Under the pieces are notes generated by a model. That model did not search any database, had not been told where the DNA came from, and saw only the letters and a program-made list of their open reading frames with translations. A stretch of DNA of 63,877 nt, counting the filler, from Aduncisulcus paluster (Eukaryota), in assembly GCA_024181965.1 (NCBI GenBank). It is 16 parts of 16 records of this genome, joined end to end, with 100 filler letters (N's around TTAATTAATTAA, not from the genome) between each part and the next. Parts side by side here need not be neighbours in the genome. Positions count along the whole stretch, not along the records: positions 24,819 to 37,743 come from BQXS01011746.1; positions 37,844 to 40,041 come from BQXS01011747.1; positions 40,142 to 42,284 come from BQXS01011748.1; positions 42,385 to 44,586 come from BQXS01011749.1; positions 44,687 to 47,741 come from BQXS01011750.1; positions 47,842 to 57,308 come from BQXS01011751.1; 10 more parts are not named here. One strand, 5' to 3'. The translations under genes and the position numbers were made by a program. This document shows, in pieces, positions 34,949 through 47,874 of this stretch (its first letter is position 1; the number at the start of each line of letters is the position of its first letter).

Positions 34949-37743
34949 ATGTCTTCCTTTTTTACGAGTATGTTCTCTATACAAAAGTAGTTGATTATCC
35001 TCCATCTCGATGAGCGTTTCAACAAAAATATTTGAAATTATGATATCCAAATGGTGTTCGTATTGTATTGTTTGCTAATATAGTGAACTATATGCGCTTT
35101 TCATAGAGATACATTTTTCTTCTTCTTACAGTTAATTTACATTTCTATTATTTTTTCTTAATACTTTACTCCTTAGCTTCTGCATATGATAGTCCAGTTT
35201 CTATCACTGAAGATCCACATAAAGACCAATATACTCAGGAACAAGGTTCCGAGGTTTCTAGGAGGAAAAAAAAGAAATTTAGGCCAATGACACAACTTTC
35301 GTCTATTCCATTAAGCCAAAAACTGCGATCACCTTCTCGTCCAAAGCCTAGACCTCTTTCTGACTTTGCCAAAATTGAATCTGTTATTGATTCATCCTTC
35401 ATTATTACTCCTGAAGAATCCATGTTTAAATTCAATTTTGGCGATGTTACACCCACTCCCCCAGAGCCACGTCCAATGTTGAGCTCCAGTTTAAGTCCAT
35501 TAAATCGTCATAGTGACAGTCGGAGACGAATGCACGTTCCTCTCCCATCTTCAGCTGCCATCCCTGAAAAAACCTCATTAGTTACATCCAATATCAAGAA
35601 AACAATTGAAGAGAACAAAAAACGAGGGGCTATCATTGTAAAAGAATCTTCAACTCCAAGATCTTCCTCTTCCCATAAAAAACCCAATGGAAAGCTTCCT
35701 GCTATGCCTCTAGACACTGAACAGATCATCCTCTCCTCCCATGGTTCTCCTCTAGTTCAGCAGAGCAAAGTTATTGTTGATGAGGATGACACTCTGCTCA
35801 CTCCAACAATCCATGCCAGCCCCGATAGAAGTATGCTTCCTTCATCTCTTCAACTCATCCAAAATAAGAAAGCTGAAAGAATACAATACATGAGGACTCG
35901 AAAGGAACGCCAACTTGAAAGGGAAAAAGAATCTTCAACTCCAAGATCTTCCTCTTCCCATAAAAAACCCAATGGAAAGCTTCCTGCTATGCCTCTAGAC
36001 ACTGAACAGATCATCCTCTCCTCCCATGGTTCTCCTCTAGTTCAGCAGAGCAAAGTTATTGTTGATGAGGATGACACTCTGCTCACTCCAACAATCCATG
36101 CCAGCCCCGATAGAAGTATGCTTCCTTCATCTCTTCAACTCATCCAAAATAAGAAAGCTGAAAGAATACAATACATGAGGACTCGAAAGGAACGCCAACT
36201 TGAAAGGGAAAAAGAATTTTCCACTGTAAAACAACAATGTAAAAATCTCCAAGACTCTGTTGATCTCCTTGTTGCGCAATTATCCACCCAAAAGAAGAAA
36301 TATTGTTGTTGTGTGTTCTTTCAAATCTTTGCGTTTCTCCTAATTGCAGGGATTACCGTCATTCTTTTTCTTTTCCCCCCTGTCGATTGGCACTTTGACT
36401 ACAATTTCCCATCAATTGATGGTGATGCGAATCAAGTTCTTCGTACCAATGGACAAGGAACTCTGGTTTGGGATGATGATGATCTTTTCATGTCAATGGA
36501 GGAACAACTCGTTTTGACTGAAGGCGCTGATGCTGATAGTTTGCATTCCCATGAATCTTATGCCCTGAAATCGCAAGTAGGATCAGCCAGCGGAATAGCT
36601 GATCTTGACTCCGACGGAAAATTGAAACCATCACGACTGGGTCTCACTCAAACAGGATCATTACTCACACTTGTGAATGGTTCTCTCGTTGAAGTGTTAT
36701 CCCCTGATTCTGGCGACTTCCTCCTCACGTCAGATGATTCCACATCTACTGGATTGAATTGGACATCCTACGAGTCAGTGTTACCAACAAAATTGGTAGG
36801 AGGCTCGACCATGGATGCTTCTGAATACCACACTCACGATAGCTATTATCTTCAGAAATCTAATTTTGGAACCTCAGTTGATGGGAAGATGATTATCTCC
36901 GACTCATCAGCATCGGCAGGCTTTCGGTGGACACAATTGCTCGGTAGCAAAGGTTCTCTCATGTCTTATGATGGAGACGAACTCTCCGAAGTCCCCATCG
37001 GTTCAAATGGTTATGTTCTCACTGCAGATGACGAATCTCCTTCTGGTTTCCAATGGAAAGAAGTGAACCAATCAACGTTGGGCTCCTCTTTCATTCCGAA
37101 TTCTGTGCTCTCGCAGACTGGCTCCTTGATAACACAATCAAGAGCTGGGGATATTATAGAGCTTCCAGTAAGCACCGAAAGTGATCACATTCTTATTTCA
37201 AATCCTTCTGACTATTCTGGAATGAGTTGGGTTGCTGCTTCCGAAGCATTTGGCCTAGGTTCAAACCTTAGTGGGGCAGTTTTGTTGCTATCCAAGGAGG
37301 GTGAAATGACACAACTTGATGTACAAGCCAATAATACGATCCTTATTGCCGATGATTCGGCTGCTCTTGGAGTTGTCTGGGCCTCCCCACTTGATGCTAT
37401 CCCTGAATTGACTGGTGGAGCCAGTGTTGATGCTAAGGATTATCATACCCATTCAAACTTAGCGAGTTTAATGGAAGATGGGACGTTATATCCGTCTCAA
37501 TTATCTCTCAGTCGTTCTGGTGATATTGCTTATGTTAATCAGGATGGAGATTTGTCCAATTTCAATGTGGGTTACAATTCTATTGTTTCTAAAAACATTG
37601 ATGGTGAACTCACAAATATCTCACCTTCAATTCCTCTTGCAGATAATGCTATTCTTGTGGCTACAACTCCTTATGGTGATTTAGAGTGGAAAAATGATTC
37701 CTACATTCTCACTCCTGAAAATTTCTCAAACCTCCAAAGAGAG
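34949..37743 (+). CDS. Type II membrane protein with phage tail-fibre-like ectodomain repeats (2 exons, 3'-truncated)
   Basis: Exon 1 ATGTCTTCCTTTTTTACGA (34949-34967) and a GTATGT...TAG intron (34968-35176) are phase-consistent with the long ORF. Ser/Pro-rich N-terminus, coiled coil, KKKYCCC + TM, then repeats FPSIDGDANQVLRTNGQGTLVW, GIADLDSDGKL, VPIGSNGYVLTADDESPSGFQW and HxH motifs. Confidence 0.75.
35641..36210 (+). repeat. 285-bp in-frame tandem duplication
   Basis: The unit starting AAAGAATCTTCAACTCC at 35641 recurs at 35926 (95 aa, KESSTPRSS...RQLERE); junction microhomology AAAAGAAT. Confidence 0.9.
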
Positions 37744-37843
37744 NNNNNNNNNNNNNNNNNNNNNNNNNNNNNNNNNNNNNNNNNNNNTTAATTAATTAAN
37801 NNNNNNNNNNNNNNNNNNNNNNNNNNNNNNNNNNNNNNNNNNN

Positions 37844-39607
37844 CATAGAGTCACGGATCTCAACAAAGCCCAAATCTCCAAGAAGAACATGACACTGTTT
37901 CTTCAAAGCATCATACCGAACAAGGAAGTTATCGGGTTTAATGTCGCGATGAACAAGCTTCTTCTTCGCAACACACAAGGTAGCAACACACTCGATGATA
38001 GCCACACACAGAGCAGCGATCTTCACAGGATCATACACAAGGTCCTCTTCATCATCTTCACAAGGATCACATTCGTCGAGATCAACAGCCCAGCTCTTGG
38101 CAAACTCAATCACATTCCCACCTTGACAGAACTCCATCGCCATCCCGAACGTTCCTTTCAGATCACCATCGAGAAGATCAAGGATATGCAGAGGACGAGG
38201 GATACAGCTTTGTAACGACGCCTTGGAATACAACTTACATTGACGAGAGAATTCTTTCTTCATTCGCTCCACACAACGCACATTCTCTTCATGCGTGCAC
38301 GCGTTCTTCATGCATTTCACAGCACATAACACAGCAGGAGTGGGGAAGAATGGAGACACAAGAAGAGCCAAGATCACATCTCCGAACCCACCACTGCCAA
38401 TGATGCACTGAGGAGTGATGGTTGAAGGAGATGTTGGAGTCAGAGTAACAGAGTCGAGTGGAACAGTGTATGGAGAAATGGCACGGCAAGGAAGAGGAAG
38501 AGGAAAAGGAAGAGAAGGAGAAGAGGTGGGAATATCATCACCTCGAAGGAAAACAAGGGAGTAGATTGAGAAACTTCTATCATTCTTTCCACATAACCAC
38601 GATCCTTTCCCTTCAATCTCACACAATACAACATTATCCAAATTAATAGGAAGGAAGTGCCATTCAAACCAATGTTTAAGTCTTGTGAATTCATACTTCT
38701 TGGATGTCTTCTTACCATCACAATCAGTGAAAGTGAAGAGAAGAGAGGGTGAACTAACATTCTTACTCACACAGATATAAGCACCTTTCATAGGACTAGG
38801 TGATGGGAAAGGAATGGAAAGATGGGATAAGTAAACACTACCTCCCCGTTTTAACATTCTTTGTGCTGTTGAACCCCTATCATACCACTCAGATTCCTTA
38901 CAATACGAATCATTCTTGCACTTAACAATTGAGAATGAAGGATCTACAAGCTTTGGATCATCACGTGGAATGGGAATAGAATCTCTACCTTCAGATTCCT
39001 CATTTCCTCCCTTAACAAACTCTGGTCTCACAACTGGAGCTTCAGACCATAGTTTCTCTCTGGCTTCACGAGATGTGATTTCTTCAGGAGTTTCTTCTCT
39101 ACTAATGAAAACAAGGGATTCGATATCAAAATACTCTTTATATCTTCCTTTCCCTGTAATCTCACATAGAACAACATCAGGGAGATCAACATGAAGGAAA
39201 TACCAACGATATTCTTCAAACTCAGGAAATTTGTATTTCTTGGATGTTTTATCACCCTTTGAAGATGTGAGAGTGAAGATAAGGTGTGATGGAGGTGACG
39301 TCCAATAAGAAGAATCACCATCAAGACAGATATAAGCCCCTTTCATTGGGGAAGATGAAGAGAAAGGAATGGAGATATGGGTAAAATATCCATCATTACA
39401 CTCTCCTTTCATCATCTTTTGTGCTTCAAAACTCTGATCGTAGTATTCATCACCTTCTTTGTTGATTCCATCTATTGCTTCGATAGTTGGAAGCTCTGCA
39501 CTCTTAATATTGGGGGCATCTCCAGGAATTGGACAGCAATTGGCATTTCCTTCATGAACAAACTCAGGTTCCACAGTTTGAATAACAGTATCTGTGGATG
39601 AACTCAT
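37844..39607 (-). CDS. Paralogue of 12906: two beta-rich domains + protein kinase (3'-truncated)
   Basis: Same tandem domains. Kinase motifs IIGSGGFGDV, CAVK, MEFCQGG, HRDIKPDNF, GDLGF. Confidence 0.85.
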
Positions 39608-40041
39608 TTGAATAGAGATAGAATTTCTTCTCTAAAAAAAAATAAAAACAAGCAGAATAATGAATGAATCCGGTTAAAATATTTCTTAATATACATTTAA
39701 TAAAAGATGTGACATATAGTAAACATACAATTTGCTTGTACGACGAGAAAAAATGGAGGACTGAACAAGCAACCCTTCAATAGATAAGATTAGAAATTTA
39801 CAAAAACACATATAGACGAGTTAAATGCTGATAAATGATAAAAACATGTTTTATTTTCATTTCCATGCCATGGTGTTTATTCTCGATATCTCAGGCTTTT
39901 GGAGAACCCTCAGGACTGGATATAGTTCCATTTCACGTGTTAAGAACATTTATGAACGATTTCAATGCTATTCAATAACATGGATATATTTCCATTTCAT
40001 TTCTATCCTTATCCTTGCCTTTCTGTTTCATTTTCACTTGC
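39608..40041 (-). repeat. Conserved upstream non-coding block of the variable-domain kinase family (second copy)
   Basis: Reverse complement is near-identical to ~12471-12905. Confidence 0.85.
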
Positions 40042-40141
40042 NNNNNNNNNNNNNNNNNNNNNNNNNNNNNNNNNNNNNNNNNNNNTTAATTAATTAANNN
40101 NNNNNNNNNNNNNNNNNNNNNNNNNNNNNNNNNNNNNNNNN

Positions 40142-42284
40142 TCTCTTTCAATTGACATCACATGTCGGCGGTACGATGAAGTCAACGCATTGATTCTCAA
40201 TTTGAAGAATGCGCGCGAAATAATAAATGTTTTTTGCGCATTCTCAGCACTTTGCCAGACTTTCTCAGATTGTTGACGTGGAGTAAGCGGTTGTCCACCA
40301 AGTTTCCCACTCGGAGAAAGCGGAGTCCCATCATCATCACCGAGATCTTCTTCCTCGTCAAGGTCCTTGATGTTGTCAATTTGCTGGGTTCGTTTCCTTT
40401 CTTCCCTTTCTTTCTTCTTTCTCTCTTTCTCTTCCTTTTGTCTTCGTTTTCTTTCGATATCTCCAACGACAGTGCTTACATGAGAGCATAATTCACGAAC
40501 TCCAGAATTCATCGCCAACATCTCCTCTCCTTTCAATTGGGCACGTCGACGACTGTAATCTCGATTGAAATTCCTCAAAGATTCCTGATAACGGTGGTTG
40601 AATTCCATTGCACTGTCAGCGATATAAAGTAGCAACAATCGAATATTTTCAATCATCGTGAAGGATTTTGTGTGCGTTTCGATATCAGCTACAAGAAAAG
40701 AAGGCGGCATCGATGAAAATAAATGAGAAAAAACACCAATGATATCTTGTAATACCAAACACAAAAAGTCGGAAACAACGTGTCTAGCACTGTCACGCAT
40801 CATTCGTTGTTCTTCAAGTTGAGATGCTGTCTCGGCGATGATATGCAGCAACCGTTGCTCATTGAACAACAATGCAGCACTGTGATGCTTCCCAAACACC
40901 TGATCAACGATATCTCCACGGGCAGTGCGAGAGTGTGTGAATAGCTTCAAGATAAGGTTTCGACTCGTGTGCGTCAAATCTAGTAAATCTGCTGGAGATA
41001 GAGCTTTCTTTTCACCAATCAATGTCGATGAATGAGTTGGAAGGATGTGTGTCACATCGAGGGCATCCAGAGAATGCGGTTCGGACATATCAAAGTGTTT
41101 CATGTATCGCTGATTTGCAACACACGACACATCTCCACCACAATTGTAACCATTATCAATCTTTTTGGCCAATCCAGAACATGCACGTTCATTCACAATG
41201 ATATCAGAATCAGCAATATATCCATGTTTTGGACTGCACGTCTGTTTAGGGGATAAGAAATGTAACGATTGGGAGAAAGATTCATTATGGTTGTTTTGGG
41301 AATGAAGGATTGAGGCAAATAGGGCCAACTTCTGAAGTTCACGAACAAGTAATATCAATTCAAAGCGTGTTTTCTTTTCTTCAATAGTTTCTACAGGTCC
41401 ACTCTTGTTTTTCTTGCTCTTTTTGATACCAACAGCGCCCTGTGGTGAAGCGGTAGGCGAAGATCCAAGAGATGATCTTTGAGGAGAGGTCATTTGAGAC
41501 AATGGGGAAGAAGACAATGAATTTGCCACAACGGAGGCCTTCCTAGAGCTGATTGGAGCACTCAGTCGTAAAGATGCTGCAATCGCTCCTGCCTTATGAC
41601 TAGCTGTTCCTGGACTAAAGTCTTCCCTTTCAAGATCTCTCTCCTTTCTCTCATCTGCTCGATCTTTGGATTGCGCCCTTGAACTCAATTCAGCGGAGTC
41701 TAGTTCTTGAGCACCATGAACCCACCATCTTAGCCAAGTCTTTGTACTCTCCTCAAAATCGACACACATTTGAAGTTTCTCAAGACCTGATCTTTCCTCA
41801 ACATGGTCTGTGAGTTCACATAAAGTTGCGCACGATGACAAAGCCTGCAAGCAATGAGGTGGGAGCAACAATGAATGCTCCAGTAAATGAGAGAATATGC
41901 AGAAAGGATCATAGTGATATCCTAAAATATTCTCACAGACGCCAATACTCAAGGAAGAGGGTAAAATACGGGAGATAGAATATGGGTGACCAACGGGTAA
42001 CCGATCTCGAACACAACGACCGATATGGAGACCCCCTTTCTTTCCATGTAGACCTCGCCTCCATGAACGAACGAGACCAGAGGCTTCACTAAGATGGGAG
42101 TTATGCACACCACGTTGCGACACAGTGTGTGTGTGCGTACAATTATGTCTGTTCAAAAACAAAGTGTGTGAGAATCTCAAAGCCAAAGGTACAATGACGT
42201 CCCCGCTTCCACGATCAAGCATGTGTTTGTGAGTGTTCTGGAGAATTACAAAGAATCTCATGCACTCCTTCTGGAGAGTATCAT
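40142..42284 (-). CDS. Hypothetical protein, internal fragment
   Basis: Reading frame of >700 aa spanning the whole contig; helical and coiled-coil segments, no recognised motif. Confidence 0.7.
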
Positions 42285-42384
42285 NNNNNNNNNNNNNNNN
42301 NNNNNNNNNNNNNNNNNNNNNNNNNNNNTTAATTAATTAANNNNNNNNNNNNNNNNNNNNNNNNNNNNNNNNNNNNNNNNNNNN

Positions 42385-44331
42385 TTCCCTTGTATCAATG
42401 GCTTTCTTCTCATCATCAAGTCTCTTCATATCCTCCTCATATTTCTTTTCAAGTTTTTGACTTTGCTTATCGTGTTTTTTCTTTTCCTCAATTGCCTTCT
42501 GCCGTTTTTTACCTATAGCATCCAATTGTTTTGTAAGCTGAGCATTTTGTTTTTTCACTTCTGATTCTGTCTGACACAGATCATTATCCTGTTGTTCAAT
42601 GCGAATCAGTTGTTCACTGTAACTCATCGTAGATTCTGTTAGCCTTCCACATGCATCATCGAGGGTTGACAAAATTCTCTTAAGGTTTCGATTTTTGCTA
42701 ATCATGCCGATTTCTAATTTGTTAATCTCTTTGGAAAGGGTGCAAATTTCTCCTTCTTTCTCTGCACAATCATCCTCAACCTGCTGTTTTTCTTCCTCCA
42801 TCTCAGTAATTTCTTTCCTTTTTGATTCCAAGTCTCTTCGAATTTCTTTTGACTGATGTTTTGCATCGCGAATCATCTTTTCATACTTCTCCTTGAGTTC
42901 TTGAAACCTCTCCTCACGTTCCTTTTCCTTCGATGCCTCTTCGTCGACTACATATTTCACGATGGCTTCAACACGTGTCATTTGGATGTTCTTCCTTTCT
43001 TTCCCGCAGATGTTCTCGACTTGTCCAGTGCACATGTCCAGGGAGAGCAGTGTCCGATTCTTATACAAGAATTCATTCAAGTCGCTCCATGCATCGTCTA
43101 TCACATTGCATCCACTCAACTTATCAATGCACAGCGTATACGGGGGAATAATATGGGGGTATTGTGAGGACTTCGAAGAATCCATCCGAGAACATTCATC
43201 CACAGCATCCCGGTCAAATCCAATCATCATTTTCATGGGACACTTCTTAAGCTTGCTGTAGAACCGTTTGAATGCAACACTGCATGCGATGGAACTCATA
43301 TCGGGAGTGGAGCATGCATATCCAAGGTTGACAGCAGGTGCCGCGGGTGAACTTGCTGTCGATCGACGACGTGACTTAAACTGTTTCGCAGTACGCTCAA
43401 TCTTTGGATACACCCTCTTTGCTGACAACAAATCCTCGAGGGGGATCCTTTTGGAATCAACAATATTCGTGAGTTTACGGAAGATTACAAACACACGATT
43501 GGTTTCATGCGCACGAATAGAAAACAATGGCATGGAGATCGTGGACGTAATAGGCCAATCAAAGGTGTCACGCACGAGTTTCCGAAGCACCTCAATTTCA
43601 TCCTCTCCTTCGTCGTAATATCGTCCAAAAAGACGTCCATCAAAACTATCCCAGATCTCCTCAACCTCATTATACTTCATGTTTAGGACGTCATGAGGTT
43701 CTGATCTCCTGATTGAAAGGTGATTACTCGGTCTGAGTAACAAACTATTCTTGAGTTCAGGAGTAAGAGGAAAACCATAGTATGACATCCGAGGAGCATG
43801 GATTAATACATCTAAAAACTCGGTAATATATGTGATAAGGCTAGAAAACTCCTTTTTCCGGAACATTTTTTCTAATTTTCCGAGGAACAGAGGATAACGT
43901 TCCTTGATAGTTTCTGCATGGGTTTTATACATATTATTAATATCATATACAAAGGCAGAGAAACAATTGAAGACGACGATTGTGTCCATCAAGGAACGAT
44001 GCAGTTTCGCCATCTTTTTCTTTTCTACAGGACATTCATCCATTGAATCTATTTTAGCATCTATTTGGAAGAGAACTGAGCTCAAAAGTTCCATTGATGG
44101 TGTTTGTTCTACTATTGATTTTAAGTATTTCTGTATAGCACTGCTATCCATCAGACAAGAGTCTTCATCGAAAAGTTTTCCTTGAAAACGAGTTTTAAGT
44201 TCTTTATATGATTTTTTAATTCTTTTGTCCAGTTTCTGGCAAGTTAATTCGAACGGATTATCGCTGGAGGCCGGTTTCGAGGATCTTCTTTTTGAAGATT
44301 CGCTAGATGATGGATTTGATTCACTAGGCAT
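42385..44331 (-). CDS. Hypothetical protein with long C-terminal coiled coil (3'-truncated)
   Basis: ATG at 44331; E/K-rich heptads over the last ~190 aa. Confidence 0.75.
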
Positions 44332-44686
44332 ATCTTCAGATTAAATGTAAATAAATATGTTCGTTTGAGTTTCGGTGGTATCGACAAAACCCCAACAAAT
44401 CAAGATTTCAATTTGAGGTATATCGTGAGCAACCAATAACTACAGAGTGGCATTCGAAAATGCTGCACCCCTTCCATGAACATGGCTTGACACGAATATA
44501 TTTTCCATAAAAAAAATAATTCCACGGGTTTAACGCTTAGATAATTTACGATAAAAAAAAACAAATGAATATTGTAGTAAATAACANNNNNNNNNNNNNN
44601 NNNNNNNNNNNNNNNNNNNNNNNNNNNNNNTTAATTAATTAANNNNNNNNNNNNNNNNNNNNNNNNNNNNNNNNNNNNNNNNNNNN

Positions 44687-45653
44687 CCATAACGAAGTTT
44701 TACCTTTATTTCTTCGTGTGATTAAAATTGTTCGGGATGAGTATTGTGGAGAAATGATAACATGTTTTGATTGGGCTAATCCCCTCGATGAAATTCTACC
44801 ATTCTTCTCCAATTTGAGTCGTTTTCATCCCCGAATTGTTTTTCGCTTGCTCACTTCTGATTGTCTTCTTGATGGATGGCTTGTGCATTTTTTTAGGGAA
44901 GAATGGATGTTTGAAAGAAAAAGGCAAGATATTGATAAATTGGTTTATTTTTTGTTAAGTATCATTGCTAATCTATCTGATACAACATGTCTCATTCCTC
45001 AACTATCTCCAAAATATGATTGCTTTATGATGAGATGTTATGGTGGTGATTTGGGTAAATTAGTATTTTATGAAAATCGCAAATATTTTACCAATGTCAT
45101 GTCTTTCATCGCATCTTCTTCCTCTCATTCTTCCAACCTTCTCCACTCTATTCCCATGATATCTATGATCCCTTCTCTTGAAACATCTTTATCCCCCGAT
45201 TCTGACGGGTTTATGTATGCTTCTCACATTTGTTCTGGAATGAAATTTGTTCGATCACAGAAACACTTTGCCCCACGAACTCATTTCTATATCAATTTCA
45301 TTGATAACATTATGAACGGTACCTCAATTGAATCTAAATATGTTAAAAAGGCTGGTCCAATCTGTGAATTACTTGATGATGATAAAGATGATGAAACGTA
45401 TCCACTTATCAAACACTCATCTGTCATTCAATACACTCCTCAACATCTACTCGTAAGCACACCATTTTATTCCTGGGATGTAGGGTTCTTGATGCAATCC
45501 ACATATGATCTTATTGAAGACACAGGATGTGGCGTGGAGATACTATTTGACGAAAAAGTACCTTGTCGTTCATTTGAAGGGTATGATCAAGATGCTTGGA
45601 GAAAGACGATGGAAGTTGTTGTCCATGGAAGGGAAGAAGAAGGGGAAATATAG
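44687..45653 (+). CDS. Member of a lineage-expanded helical-repeat family (5'-truncated)
   Basis: FFSNLS...LLDGWL...LIPQLSPKYD matches the repeat FFSNLCC...LLDGWF...LVSYISPKYD in 59537-61581. Confidence 0.65.
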
Positions 45654-45866
45654 ATTATTAGTTGGAGGTTCTATTTATTTGATCTATTTTTCAACTCTTT
45701 GTAATATTACTAATATCGTAATCTATGAATTTTTAATGTTATCGGATCACAGTTATGAATCATAACTTATGATAACTGAGTTGATCCCATTTTTGACAAT
45801 TAATAAATGTGACTGGATGACATCCGGTGGAATCCACTGCAGTGGATGATTGATTTCCCTTCAAAT

Positions 45867-47741
45867 TCATGCATTGTCAGAAGATTGGACGATCTCCCAA
45901 AACCGTGCCTCACACGAAGCAAGGGTAAGATATAGCATTCCTTGAGCAGTGTGGATCTCATCGATCCCCGCTCGCTTCAAGGCAAGGACAGCATCTCCAC
46001 GCAGAAACTCGTCGGTGAAGACAGTGAAAGAGAAGAACAGTTTTCGAAGACGTGCGAAGCGAACACCAACATTTATCAACTCTGCTACTCCATCCGGAAG
46101 AGAGTGATACGATGTCAAGTCAACAACATTCAGAGGATCCGAAGACATATTCGAGGATATGGGTCTATCTTCGAGATCATCTTGGATCTGTTTAGCACGT
46201 GCTCTGACATAAGTGCTCCACGAATCAATGTCTTTGTCCCCACCAGTACACAGTCGAGACAAAGAGCGTAAGTCAAACACAAACCCGTCGGAAAGGGCAG
46301 CCAAGGTGAACGATAACAAGCACATTGCAGGGGTATGAATGTGCAAGAGCAGCAGGAGAAGAGGTGTGGATGCAGGGGATGATAGGCTTGGAGAGTGTGT
46401 CAGAATATGGTTCCAAAGACTCGTCAAGAATGGAGAACATGAATGGAAATCATGCAAGAAAGATCGGAAGCTACAGATAGAATAGCTTTGCTTGAAACGA
46501 TCATGTTCAGATGGAATTGAACGATAGACACAATTGTTGAAGATAACAAACAGGTCATCCTTTGGCAAGGACGAAGTGCCATCGGGGTTGTCCTTGGATT
46601 GGCGATCGATGGAACTTTGACTGGAGAGATGGGGATGTTTGGATTTGAAATGAATCCAATGGCCACTCACATACCAAACAGCACGAACACGTTCACAGAC
46701 ATCGTACACATTCATTCCAGTACACTCAGCTTGGATACACATACGCAGACGTTTCTTGAAAGTGTGGGCATTGAAGGAACATGCCTGAATGAAACAATCG
46801 AATAGATACCCATATAACGACAAATTCATCGACATCGAGCCACCTGTGGAAGGGTCGAAGATGGATGTATCGCTACGAAGAGCACTCCAAAGACTCTCAC
46901 ATCGAAGAATCTCCTCGATCATATGCTCATAATTAATGCACAGATCGGTCAAATCCTCGTTCATGCGGAGAAGGAAGAGGATGTTCTCAAACAACACACG
47001 TGGGGGTGGAATGGTGATGGAAACAATGGGGTTCTTGATCCCTTGTGATCTTAGAAGTTGTAAGTCTTCGGTGAGGATGAATCGAAGTTCATGCAAATGT
47101 GAGAGCATCGTGGAAGAGAGAGAAAAGAAAGATCGTAATGGAACGGCCATGATGGGCGGTGGGGGTGGGAATACAATGTTCTTGGCAAAGAGGATGCGAC
47201 GACGAAATACATACCGAGAACTACGACTTGCCCGCAACTTTCTCTGGCGCATGACTCGTTTGAGATGCTTCGAAAGCTTGACATACACATCCTGGCCATC
47301 CTTCACAATAAAGAACCGTCGATGTTTCCTGCCTTGGTCGTCAGTCACAATCCGTTCCCGAATATTGCGAAGACGCTCTTCATCCAGACTTGACTCCATG
47401 CCATCATCATCTGCATCAATGCCGAAGGTTGAATTGAATTCATCAAAGGACGACCCATCATTACTCAAATCGACATCAAAATCAGAAAGGTCAGACCCAT
47501 CAGATTCATCCCACGAATAATACTCATACTCATACTCATGCCCCAAAACAGTTCCATCGTCAAGAGTCTTCTTCTGCACACCACTTCGACGTTTCTTCTT
47601 TCTGCGTGAAGAATGCGCAGCAGACCCATCATCCTCTGCACTATCGAGAAGGGGAGACACGAGGGAGGAGTCACTCGGAACCGTGGTAAGATCTGTACTA
47701 ACACTGCCATCTTCACCCACACTGCCATCGTCGATCCAACC
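45867..47741 (-). CDS. Hypothetical protein (5'-truncated)
   Basis: ORF of >600 aa with acidic/basic N-part (YEYEYYS) and helical C-part; no recognised family. Confidence 0.7.
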   Translation of the reverse strand, partial: GWIDDGSVGEDGSVSTDLTTVPSDSSLVSPLLDSAEDDGSAAHSSRRKKKRRSGVQKKTLDDGTVLGHEYEYEYYSWDESDGSDLSDFDVDLSNDGSSFDEFNSTFGIDADDDGMESSLDEERLRNIRERIVTDDQGRKHRRFFIVKDGQDVYVKLSKHLKRVMRQRKLRASRSSRYVFRRRILFAKNIVFPPPPPIMAVPLRSFFSLSSTMLSHLHELRFILTEDLQLLRSQGIKNPIVSITIPPPRVLFENILFLLRMNEDLTDLCINYEHMIEEILRCESLWSALRSDTSIFDPSTGGSMSMNLSLYGYLFDCFIQACSFNAHTFKKRLRMCIQAECTGMNVYDVCERVRAVWYVSGHWIHFKSKHPHLSSQSSIDRQSKDNPDGTSSLPKDDLFVIFNNCVYRSIPSEHDRFKQSYSICSFRSFLHDFHSCSPFLTSLWNHILTHSPSLSSPASTPLLLLLLHIHTPAMCLLSFTLAALSDGFVFDLRSLSRLCTGGDKDIDSWSTYVRARAKQIQDDLEDRPISSNMSSDPLNVVDLTSYHSLPDGVAELINVGVRFARLRKLFFSFTVFTDEFLRGDAVLALKRAGIDEIHTAQGMLYLTLASCEARFWEIVQSSDNA

Positions 47742-47874
47742 NNNNNNNNNNNNNNNNNNNNNNNNNNNNNNNNNNNNNNNNNNNNTTAATTAATTAANNN
47801 NNNNNNNNNNNNNNNNNNNNNNNNNNNNNNNNNNNNNNNNNTTCATTAATTTTATTGCATTTTATTTTTGTAAA

